Origin: Eledone cirrhosa
Lineage: Eukaryota
Length of the DNA stretch: 64,000 bases
Assembly (NCBI GenBank): GCA_964016885.1
Contig: OZ024742.1
Location: 139,562,001 to 139,626,000 of the forward strand
Direction of reading: 5' to 3'
Part shown: positions 1-10,574 of the stretch, piece after piece
How the letters are laid out: each line of letters begins with the position of its first letter
Numbering within the stretch: position 1 is the first letter of the stretch
Notes under the pieces: generated by a model
Database searches by the model: none
Seen by the model: only the letters and a program-made list of their open reading frames with translations
Told to the model about the DNA's origin: nothing
Position numbers and translations under genes: made by a program

Positions 1-557
1 TATTGAGTAGCTTACTAACTGTGGTTACCCTGGATTGAACCAGAGATCCACACACACACACATACACACAGATAGATAGATAGTTAGATAGATAGATAGA
101 TAGATACACTAAACATGCATATATACATATATATATGTGTGTGTGTGTGTGTGTGTATTTGTGAAGAGAGAAACACCTGTATATGACTGGATAGTATACC
201 AATTTAAGTGAAGTACAGAAATCAAAACCAGGACTGACTTTTCTCCATTGCTTGTAAATATTTCAGTCTAAACATAAAGTGGGGACCAAGCGCTCTGAGT
301 TGGTGAAAATTTTGAAATTCCCAATTAGATTCTCTCTAGTATTAATGATTTTACTTCCCCTTCAATCAGAGTTCAAATATCATTGGAGTAAAAATTGCCT
401 CCAGGGTTATATAAATATCAATAACATACCTAGGCAGTGTATTTGATTTATGGTTTTCTCCTTAAAAAAATGTCATGTATCTCTTCCAAAAAATATCAAA
501 AATATTTTCGTCATAAAATTCTACGTAATTGGTCCCAGATATTTGTATATAAAATCG

Positions 558-563
558 TTTATT
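558..563 (-). promoter_or_regulatory. Candidate polyadenylation signal of the CUB gene
   Basis: AATAAA on the minus strand about 117 nt after the stop, in AT-rich context (an ATTAAA is also present at 655-660). Confidence 0.35.
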
Positions 564-679
564 TTTTTGTACAGTAGAGAGAAAATTATTGTTAGTTATT
601 GTAACCACTTATGTTGGTCTGTGTGCTTTCTCCTTTACTTTTGTTATAGTTTCATTTAATGAAAGTTTTGTTGTGAATA

Positions 680-879
680 TCACTCGTTAATATTATCATT
701 GTCAAATTTGTGGTACATTTGTTGAGTGGTCTTCCAAGTATATAATCTATTTATCTTGTTGTAGTGACAACATTGCCAATACCCATTCAATACACAAATG
801 ACAAACACAATCACAGCCATGAGGAGAAGGATGCAAATAGTTAGAGTTCGGTCTGGAGATTGCTGTGGAGCTTTAGGAT
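680..879 (-). CDS. Terminal coding exon: transmembrane helix and cytoplasmic tail
   Basis: Acceptor tttttcag; 200 nt, phase 1, ending in TGA. DPKAPQQSPDRTLTICILLLMAVIVFVICVLNGYWQCCHYNKINRLYTWKTTQQMYHKFDNDNINE*. Confidence 0.85.
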
Positions 880-1366
880 CTGAAAAATATGTGTAATATA
901 AAGTTAGTAAATGAATGAATGTAAAATAGTTAAATTGTTTACATGTAAACCATTGATGATTAAGAAAAACTCAGCATGATCAAGCAGACATATAACAAAA
1001 ACAATACATCCCTCACCTGACCACTTTTTTTCCTTTTTTAGTTAGAGTATAACAATGACTAGATTACCATGTTGAAATATACTGGGTAAAACATTAATTT
1101 GTTTTGTTTTAATTGTCATCCTTTGTCCTTTATATATTTTTACCGGATTGCATTAGATGCTTGAAACTTTTCAGTCATTTATTATATATCTATCTATCTA
1201 TATATCTATATTTATATTTATATATATATATGCAGAGGTTATATTTAATTTGTTGGGATTAAACAAGCTTAAACATTTTTATAACTGATATAAAGCACTC
1301 AACAAGTTAGTGGAGTAAATATACAATATATTAATAAATGGAAACTATATTTATAAAACCATAATT

Positions 1367-1430
1367 ATTTTATTATATATATTTCAAGGGCGACCAAGGT
1401 AAATTATGGTGCGCTTTCATCAGATAAAAT
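1367..1430 (-). ncRNA. Minimal type I hammerhead ribozyme motif (inverted copy, host-sense strand)
   Basis: Reverse complement of 1537-1600 with one loop II substitution. Confidence 0.72.
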
Positions 1431-1536
1431 ACAGATTTGTTTTATAAATAAATATTGACATACCCGGAAAAAAGACAACCTCACTATCCAGCGGCGAATT
1501 TCAACCGGTGAGGTTGTCTTTATAAAACAAATCTGT

Positions 1537-1600
1537 ATTTTATCTGATGAAAGCGCACCATAATTTCCCTTGGTCGCCCTTGAAATATATATAATAAAAT
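1537..1600 (+). ncRNA. Minimal type I hammerhead ribozyme motif
   Basis: AUUUUAU-CUGAUGA-[AAGCGCACCA...UGGUCGCCCUU]-GAAA-UAUAUA-UA^AUAAAAU: 7-bp stem I and palindromic stem III. Confidence 0.72.
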
Positions 1601-1622
1601 AATTATGGTTTTATAAATATAG

Positions 1623-1861
1623 TAGGTGTCACGACAAAAAAACACACAGTCCACGCTGTAATGTTGCTGTGTAGGTAACACGGTAAAAACCTCCCAGTCC
1701 ACACTGTAAACGTGGTTGGTGTTAGGAAGGGCATCCAGCCGTAGAAAACCCGCCAGACAGTCCTATACGAGCAGGACAACCAATCTTGCTTCAAGTGGGA
1801 AACTCCCGTCCAAACCCAAGCAAGCGTGGAAGATGGACGTTAAACGATGATGATGATGATG
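1623..1861 (+). mobile_element. RTE LINE (family A) 3' end
   Basis: Matches the 3' UTR of the long RTE copies (ggttggtgttaggaagggcatccagccgtagaa); (GAT)n tail. Confidence 0.9.
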
Positions 1862-1890
1862 AGTTTCCATTTATTAATATTTATTAATAT

Positions 1891-1965
<75 letters not shown>

Positions 1966-2603
1966 GCAAGTTTAAGATTCTGTATGTCCACCTAAAACTA
2001 GCAAACTAGCAGACCAAACTCCTCAAATTTACTTATACATATTCATTAGACACTCCCTCTGTAGGATCCTACTGCCTTAGAGGCAAAAGTTTGGTGAAAG
2101 CTACAGCGTTAAAATCTAAATACACTTTCCTGAATTGCAGAAATGAGTAAGTAAATGCTTCAATCATTTATAAACCAATGCTAGATTTATTATATATTTT
2201 ATTTTATTTATGGTTTTCAAAATAACCTTCACATGATGTTTGAATTTCAGAGGTTCTGACTGTGCAAAAAGAAAAAAAGATACATAAAAAAATCCAAATG
2301 TAATTTTGGTCGTGACCTTTTCACTGACAACATACCTAATGATTTATCCAGGTGTGAAGCAGTATATATGCTGGTTATAATAGGGTGCTGTATTAAAAAA
2401 TCTCCACTGGACAAAACTAATAATATTTTTATCTAGATGATTTGCTTTGAACAAGTAACAATAAATATTCTGCTATAATTCCTACTTTAATTAAAATACA
2501 ACAAATTTATTTTATTGGTCAAATATTTTGTAATATGCACCAAGCTATATTGTTGCTTTCATAAAATACCTGGGCATTGTTGGGTTCCTCTGCTAGTATA
2601 TAT

Positions 2604-3340
2604 ATCATCATCCCCGTTTTACGTCGATTCTTCCAGGCTAGCATGGGTTAGACAAGTTGTCCTTTTGTGGGCAATGTTAGGTCGGATGACCTACCTTCTC
2701 TTGCTCATACGGTAACTGATGATTCTGGCTTGATTTCTACAGCTGGATGCCCTTCCTAACACCTACCTCATTTACAGTGTGTGCTGGGTGCTTTTATTCT
2801 GTGGCGCCTACACGTCCACTTTACAGTGTGGTCTGGGTGCTTTTTTGTCGTGGCACCTCCACGACCACTTTGCAGTTGGAGGGGATGGGGGCATAGTGCC
2901 TATATGCTTCGGCTTCGGCTTGTTCCTGTGGGAAGCCAGGTCTTCTGTATTACTGCGTGACGTCAGAGATCACGGTCCTGTGTCATCGCCGTTGAGAGGT
3001 GCAATTGGGCAAGGTCCGCTTTTATCACCTCGTCCCAGGTCTTCTTGGGTCTCCCCACTCCACGGGCTTCCTTCAACATTTAGTGCTCTGCACCTTTTTA
3101 TGCAGCTGTCATCCTTCATATGCATCACATGTCCATACTAACACATCCTTCTCTCCTGCACACAGCATTTCATCCTTCTTATGTTCAGTCTCTCTCTCAG
3201 TTCTGCCGTTGACGTATATTACTATTTCATATCCATCGGAGCATGTAAGCTTCGTTAATTTTCTAATGTATGCAAGTCTTCTACACACAGCACCAGATCT
3301 CACTACCATGTAACATTGCTGTTCGTATACACGCATCATA
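2604..3340 (-). mobile_element. RTE LINE (family B) 5'-truncated copy
   Basis: Starts with (TCA)n, the minus-strand (GAT)n tail; reverse complement of ~3596-4340 and of the 63.4-64.0 kb copy. Confidence 0.9.
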
Positions 3341-3342
3341 TA

Positions 3343-4342
3343 TGTAGGCTTCACATGTAGCAGCTGTGCTGAGATAGAAAGCAGCAAACAGCCACAGGAA
3401 ACAAGTACCACCAAACTCTGGGAGGGCTCTGTAGAAACAGTAGACAGCTTCTGCTACCTAGGTGACCGAATTAGCAGCGGAGGTGGGTGTTCAGAAAGTA
3501 CAATAACTAGGGGAAGAACGGGATGGAAGAAGTTCAGGGAGCTACTGCCACTGCTAGCTGCAAAAGGCTTTTCCCTCAAGATGAAAGGCAGACAGTATGA
3601 TGTGTGTATACGAACAGCAATGTTACATAGTAGTGAGACCTGTGTGCTGTCGGTCGAAGACTTGCATAGATTAGAAAGAAACAAATCCTGCATGCTCCGA
3701 TGGATGTGTAATAGTAATATACGCGAATGGCAAAGCATAAATGAATTGAGAGAGAGAGACTGAGCATAAGAGGAATGAAATGCTGTGTGCAGGAGAGGCG
3801 GTTGCGTTGGTATGAACATGTGATGCGTATGAAGGATGACAGCTGCATAAAAAGGTGCAGGGCACTAGAAGTCAATGGAAATCACGGACTGGGGAGACCC
3901 AAGAAGACCTGGGATGAGGTATTAAAAGCCGACCGTACCCAATTACACCTCTCAAAGGCGATGACACATGACCGTGACCTCTGGTGTCACGCAGTAATGC
4001 AAAAGCACCGAACCCCCATGGGTACAAGCCAAAGCTGAAGCATATAGACAATGTGACCCCACACCCTCCCACTGCAAGGTGGTCGTGGAGGTGCCACGGC
4101 AAAAAAGCACCCATCCCACACTGTAAAGTGGACGTTTAGGCGCCACGGAAAAAAAGCACCCAGCACTCACTGTAAATGAGGTTGGTGTTAGGAAGGGCAT
4201 CCAGCTGTAGAAATCAAGCCAAAATCAGTTCCTGTATGAGCAAGGCATGGTCAGCCAACCGGACACTGCCCACAACAGGACAACCCGTCTAAGCCTTGCT
4301 AGTGTGGAAGAATGGATGTAAAAGGGTGATGATGATGATGAT
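3343..4342 (+). mobile_element. RTE LINE (family B) 5'-truncated copy
   Basis: ORF fragments MKGRQYDVCIRTAMLHSSET and RRLRWYEHVMRMKDD...GRPKKTW; (GAT)n tail. Confidence 0.9.
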
Positions 4343-4409
4343 ATATGTATATATAGGTATTTTGAAGGTATTTTGTATTTTATTTTATAATTATTGATAT
4401 CATATTTAC

Positions 4410-4559
4410 CTTTAACTTTTGAATAATATGCAGCCATAAATCCTCGGCTATGAGCTGACCAATTCGTTGAGTACCAAATACACATTCTATTGGATGAAGA
4501 AATTATACTAACAGTTTCTGGTCCACAAAATCGTCCAATCAAATTCTCTGTTTGAATAT
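4410..4559 (-). CDS. CUB-D part 3 exon
   Basis: Acceptor tttggcag, donor gtaaat; 150 nt, phase 1 to 1. DIQTENLIGRFCGPETVSIISSSNRMCIWYSTNWSAHSRGFMAAYYSKVK, with the classic GRFCG and RGF motifs. Confidence 0.92.
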
Positions 4560-4711
4560 CTGCCAAAACAAGAAGACAAGAGTAATAAATGAAACGTCAC
4601 AAAATCACGTTTATATACATGATAAGCACTATAATCAAATAATCATTATAATCAAATCAATTATGATGTGTAAGCCTGCAGCTACACATCATTAATGAAT
4701 ATTTAAAATAG

Positions 4712-4900
4712 AGGGCGGTGAATTGGCAGTATCGGTAGAGGGTTGGACGCCATGCTTTCTAGCATAGTTACGTCCCTTTACAGTCTGAGTTCAAATCCTG
4801 CCAAGGTTAACTTTGCCTTTCATCCTTACGGGGTCGATAAAATAAAGTACCAGTAATTTACTGTGTAATTGCTGGCCTTGAGCCTAAAGTAGAAACAATT
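4712..4900 (+). mobile_element. tRNA-derived SINE (family 1)
   Basis: A-box-like tggcagtatcgg, B-box-like gagttcaaatcc, body ctttgcctttcatccttacggggtcgataaaataaagtaccag; 19-bp TSD attaatgaatatttaaaat (4691-4709 and 4898-4916). Confidence 0.9.
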
Positions 4901-5084
4901 AATGAATATTTAAAATGTATTTTGGTATTGAGCATTTTTATCCTGTCTATAAGTAAGACATAAATATATATATATATATAGTTATGTAATAAACAACATA
5001 AGGCAATTATTTCATTTACCAGTGGTTTCTTAAAAGCAAACAAATTTTTGCTTTCAATCATCAGAATGAAAAAATGTTCGTAAA

Positions 5085-5525
5085 TATAGATGAAATTTTT
5101 GCAAAAAATTTTGAGCGAAATGTTTAAAAATTTTTTTTATATATTCAAGAAAATTTTTCAAGAAAATTTAATGAAATCTTTTCAAAAACATTTAGGTAAA
5201 ACTCTAAACAAATTTTCGAGGAAAATTCTTGGAACGCTGTTGATAAAACCTTAAAGAAAATTTCGAGGAAAATTTCGGAGAAAACTTTTCAGAAAAATTT
5301 TGATGAAATTTTGGGGAAAACTTGAGAGAAATGTTTTGAAAATGTTTTAAAAAGTATTTCAGGGATATTTTTGAGGAGTCACTTTAATTTTTGAAAACAT
5401 TTTGTGTATAACTTTCAGTCTACTTTTGTTAATATATAACTGAAAATTTTCTTGAAATACTTGATAAAACCTTTGAGAAGAATTTAACGAAACATTTCCC
5501 AAAAATTTCATCAAAATATTCTTAA
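5085..5525. repeat. Degenerate A/T-tract minisatellite (aaaattttgagaaa-like units)
   Basis: Recurrent aaaattt(t/c)gag/gaa motifs over ~440 bp. Confidence 0.5.
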
Positions 5526-5567
5526 ATTAGAATCATTATTTTAATCAACTATTAGTTGTATATTTAC

Positions 5568-5701
5568 CTGATGCATTGTCATAGATCTGAATGGAAGCTT
5601 CTCTACAGTTGTAAGACTGAGGTATTCCGGAATAGGCAAGCTCAAGAACAACAACATCATCCACTTCTTTTGCCAGAATTACCCATTGAATACTCATTGC
5701 A
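5568..5701 (-). CDS. CUB-D part 2 exon
   Basis: Acceptor cttttag, donor gtaaat; 134 nt, phase 2 to 1. AMSIQWVILAKEVDDVVVLELAYSGIPQSYNCREASIQIYDNAS. Confidence 0.87.
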
Positions 5702-5749
5702 CTAAAAGAAATGAAAAAGGAAGAAAGCAAAACATGACGATCAATAGCA

Positions 5750-6152
5750 ATTGATTTTCAATATAGGCACAATGCAAGCACATTTGGAGGAAGGGCAAAG
5801 TTAATAAAACCAAACCTAATACTTGACCGGTACTCTATTTTACCAACACAGGAAGGATGAAAGGGTAAGTTATTCCGGTAGGATTTGAACTCAAAATGTA
5901 ACAATTACCGTAATGTGATTTTATATGGCACACTGCCAACTCAGCCAATCCCTCATCATTATGAATTAGGATTAGTAATTAGGAAATAAATATCTAAGAA
6001 GCGTAACGAGCTGGTATTTTATTTTATCGACCCTGTAAGGATGAAAGGCAAAGTTAACCTCAGTGGGATTTGAACTCAGACTGTAAAGTGCCGTAACTCT
6101 ATGCGTCAAAGCATGGCATCCGACCCTCTACCGATACTGCCAATCCACCGCC
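5750..6152 (-). mobile_element. Two SINE family 1 copies (degenerate ~5750-5950; better preserved ~6010-6152)
   Basis: aaggatgaaaggcaaagttaacctc...gggatttgaactcag...actgccaatccaccgcc. Confidence 0.8.
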
Positions 6153-6186
6153 AATAATAATAATAATAATGATAACAACACCAACA

Positions 6187-9100
6187 ACAATAATAATAGG
6201 GACAGCGGGGGTTTACATATATAACGTGTAAAAATATAAATAACATTAACAACAAAAATACAACAATGGAAAATTCCCCAAGAGTTGACACAGGTAGCTC
6301 ACCAATCCTGAACCACCTGAAACTTCTAGAGCGCCCGGGAAGGCACCCCTCTCCTTCTCAAATTCACCCACCTACAGGCGCATGATCAGAGTAGGCCCAC
6401 TCACAAGGGCCATTCTCGCACATTCACCCACCTTTCAGCAAATGTACTGGGGGGTAGCACTTCTCTCTCCACCCTCACCTTCCTTTCCAAGTGAAATTTG
6501 AAAAGTTGATGATGGATTGGTTGAAGAGAAAAGTGTCTGTCTTCCGTCCTTTCAACCTCGCCCACCATACAACCTCTTTCACTACTACCACCAGACAGAG
6601 GAAAATTGCCTGCCCTTCCTGGTCAAAAGAAGGCAGCGAGTCGATCTTCATTATGGACTTGGCCGATAGACGGATCCGTTCTACACGTGACAACAGCTGT
6701 TCAACATAACTCCACAAGTCAGTAATGCACGGACACTGGAAGGGTGCATGCAGAATGGTTTCATCGCTCTGCACGCATCTCGGGCAGGTCCGTCTGACAG
6801 CACTTCTGTGCCTATAGAGTTTATCTCGAACTGGCAGTGCTCCACCGGAAGCACTGCCAAGCGAGGGATTTCTGGAAGTTATCCATCATCCCCAGTTTGA
6901 AAGTCCTCTGGAACAGACTGGTTAGTTCAACTTCTTCGACGCCCAGAGCCTCTCCAAGTGCGTCGTCGCACTTGCCCACCACTAATCCTCTATAGAACTC
7001 GAGAGTGGAAGTTCCATTGACCGCATTGCCCACCTGGTCAAGGGAAGTGAGTGCCTGGCAACATTCCAGATGCCAGTCACCCAGTCTTGGTCTCTTCTTG
7101 ACCCAGGACTGCAGCTCAGTCAAAGAGACGAGCTGCTGAAAGGCCCATCTGACAAATGGTGACCACACCTGTTCACCATTTAGGCAGAATATCTGGAGAT
7201 ACTGCAGCCTCAGCGCATCTCTGCACATCATTAACCATGGCATGCAGATGCCACTGTGCATTGCAGCAATCCAGCTTCGGAAGACAGGGCCGAAGCCAAC
7301 TGCCTTGAGGACAGCTTCCAGGTATTAATGGTCGACCCTATTGAATGCTTTCGATTGATCTAAATTGATCAGAGCCCCACCGATACCATGTTTACACCCT
7401 AACCTCTCTAAGATGTATCATATGAGGTAGAGGTTTTTGTGTATGGACCTGGTCGGGATTGCGCCTCCCCAACCAAATGCTCGACAACAAGCGCCAACCT
7501 CTTCACTATCACCTTGGCCAAAATCTTAAACTCTATGTTGAGCAGAGTTATGGGCCTAAAATTATCTAATGTTCCCCCTTGTTCTCATCTTTCCTATCAG
7601 CATCACTACGCCCCAGCTCACAGAACTGGGAATACTCGCCTTTTGCTGCCAGTTGCAGTAGAGCGCTTCGAGGAGGTCGGAGAACAAGTCTGGCATATTT
7701 ATATAATGCTCGTAGAGCACACCATCCAAACCGAGTGACTTGCGCCTCGTGCAGCCGACAAGGGCATCCTGAATTTCGACTGCAGTTATTGGTTTTTTGC
7801 AGCGCTCAGTGTCAGCCATGTTGGTAGGGACTGAAGTCCACCACCGTCTCTGACTAGCCATTTACCCTGAACAACCGAGCAAAATGCTGGAATCGCTTAG
7901 CTTGTGTACATCTCGGTCCGTCAAAGACCGAATTGTGGTTTTATTACCACGCTGTGCTTCTGCCACAAGGCCCCATCGAACAGCTTTGGTTCCCTCATTT
8001 CTCAGCGCACGCGCCTTACCTCTGACAATGCAACCTTCATGTTTTGCATTGAAGAAATTGTCTAATGCCATTCTCACCGCTAGCACAACAGTTGCAATGC
8101 CACTACAAATAGCCTCATCTAACTTATCTACCAGCTCTCTCTCCTTTCTGTTTTTCTCAAACACTACTTCTTTGCTAAACCCTATCGACATTACTCTAAT
8201 CTCTCTTTTGAGAGCCCCCCCCCCCTCCCACCATCTGTTGTTGATGACTCCCTCTCTCAACTTTTGCTTAACTAAATTGTTGACCCGGTTCCTCTGAGCC
8301 TTACGTACCGGAAACGACATGTTCAGCTTTCAGTAACCAGGTCCTAACCTACACGTCTTATCTAGATCGACCATACAGATCACGAACTTGTGGTCTGAAT
8401 AGGCAACCATATGTAATTGTGGACACCCTATACTATCCTTATCCACTAGTCTAATTAGAAACCTATCTAAGTACAATCTAGATGTCCCTAAATGGTTTGT
8501 CCAGGTCCACACTGGCGCATTAGGGAAATCTAGTCGATACCTGTCAGACAGTTGGAACTGGCTGATCAGGTACTAGAGGCTTTTGTATCCCCCTCCTTCC
8601 ACTCCTATCAGATACTCCCACACAGTCCCAGCATGCGTCTAAGATGCCGTTCCAGTCCCCCACTAACAGTAAAGGGCGAGATATACCCAGAGAGGCTTCC
8701 AGGTGTCTAAAGAAGTCCGGCCGTCCTGCCCCGGTAGGGGCGTAGATGGTCACCAGTCTAAAGGCACCACCTTCGCTATTGTTCACATCCAGGACCACCA
8801 ACTTACCGTCCGGGTCCCGGAGATTGACCTTACCTTGAGATCCAGGCCTTTCCTAAACAGCACTGCCACCCCATCTCCCATTTCCAGCCAACTAACAGAT
8901 GCGAAGATCTGATAGTCATCGAAAATGGGTGTCATCATCATCATCACCGTTTTACGTCCGTTCTTCCATGCTAGCATGGGTTAGACGAGTTGTCCTGTTG
9001 TGGGCAGTGTCCAGTCGGCTGACCTTGTCTTGCTCATACGGGAACTGTTTCTGGCTTGATTTCTACAGCTGGATGCCCTTCCTAACACCAACCTCATTTA

Positions 9101-10415
9101 CAGTGAGTGCTGGGTGCTTTTTTTCCGTGGTGCCTACATGTCCACTTTACAGTGTTGGCTGGGTGCTTTTTTGCCATGGCACCTCCACAACTACTTTGCA
9201 GTGGGAGGGTGTGGGGGCATATTGTCCGTTTCAATGTGTGTGTGTGTGTTCGAGAGTGGGGGGGGGGGCAGGAGAGCTTCTTTGGAGTGGCCCCTGGGTG
9301 GTCTTGGTGGTCTTTGCAGTTGTTGTTGGTTCTGCCGGTGTTGCTGCTGCAGAATTTTTTGTTGGTGTTGTTGTTTTGTGATGTTTCAGTTGTTGAGGCC
9401 TCGGCGTCGGCAGCAGCGGAGACTTTTGACCCCTTGCTTTTTTCAATAGTTGAGGGCAGAAGGTTCACAAGTGTGTTGTTTCACCACAACCGAAACGGTG
9501 CGGCCTTTTGCCTTCAGCCATTACTTGTAGAACCATCCCGTTTTGGAGGCGGATCTGCTCCAGGGTTTTCTTTATTTCTTCAGGTTTGATCTAGAGAAGT
9601 ATCTCCAGATCAACCCTGGACCAGTCCTCTCTTCCTGTTCTGGTTACCTCTGTTGGGACGGCATCTGTCCCCTTCACAATCACGAATCCCAAGAACCACC
9701 ACATGTGGGAGGGGTACATAGTAACCTTGCTGGCTTTGCAAGGGGTCATCGAGTGCTTCAAAGCGAAGGCCTCTGACTTAAACAGCATTGAGATGGTGCC
9801 GTATTGTTGACTCCTTGCTATGTACTCCGTATCTCTTCTGATGCACCTCAGCGCAGCCTTGCTGTCTGCTTGGGGAGAGTTTGTGGCTCTTTTCGTCTCA
9901 GCTGAGATGCATCTGAAGACCAGAGTTCTCCTCTCCACCACCTCCATAGCCTCTGCCGAGACAGTTAAGATGGTCCAGGTTTGACCCTGTTTGATGAACT
10001 TCCATGCCTGGCCAAACTTAGTCTCCTTATCTGTCAAGTCCATGTTGAAGCATGGCCCTTTCTTGGCTGCTGCCGCAGCAAAGTGTTCTTGTTGTTGTTG
10101 TTGGTGTAGTCGTTGTTGTTGTCGTTCTTGTTGGTGTTGTTGCTGTTGCTGCTGTTATTGGTATTGTCATTTTTGTTCATATTTGTATTTTCAATATTGT
10201 TATTGTTGGTGCTGCTGTTATTGATGTTGTCATTTTCACTGTTGTTGTTGGTGTTGTCATTGTTACTGTTCTCATTATTGTTGGTGTCGTTGTTGTTGTT
10301 GCTGCAATACTGTCTAATGTGGTGTTGGTTTTCATATTCGTTTTCGAGGGGCAATATTATTCGCCTCAACACTTAAACCGCTGTCAGGCGAAGTTGGTGG
10401 GGTCATGGCTCCACC
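6187..10415 (-). mobile_element. Tx1/L1-clade LINE copy 1, degenerate (ORF1 plus APE-RT ORF2, internal RT deletion)
   Basis: APE fragments FRLVTIYAP, LLLVGDWN, LYLDRFL, YSDHK; RT KSLGLDGV..EHY; C-terminal ETILHAPFQC; Asn/Thr-rich ORF1. Collinear with 13.05-18.4 kb. Confidence 0.85.
8932..9226 (-). mobile_element. RTE family B 3' end nested in Tx1 copy 1
   Basis: (TCA)n followed by sequence matching 2604-2900. Confidence 0.88.
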
Positions 10416-10574
10416 AAGTTTTTTTTTTTTTTTTTAGAAAAAAAAATTATATTTTAAATAAAGTTCAAATATTTGGGCCAAAAGGCCCAAATATCATACT
10501 TTCCCCTTCACAGGGCAAAGTCCAAGGGTTTATGTCCCTTACACGACAACAAAAATTTACAATAAATGATTTAT

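Larger units (their letters stand above)
1320..1898. mobile_element. Foldback element with a hammerhead motif in each arm (Penelope pseudo-LTR-like), interrupted by an RTE tail
   Basis: Left arm ~1320-1447 is the reverse complement of 1519-1622 plus 1862-1898. Inner hairpin aaagacaacctcac/gtgaggttgtcttt. Followed by (TA)n. Confidence 0.75.

Noticed and set aside
1960-2375. Possible non-autonomous Helitron
   Set aside because: Only a faint resemblance of the termini; the 3' hairpin and CTAG are too decayed to support a call.
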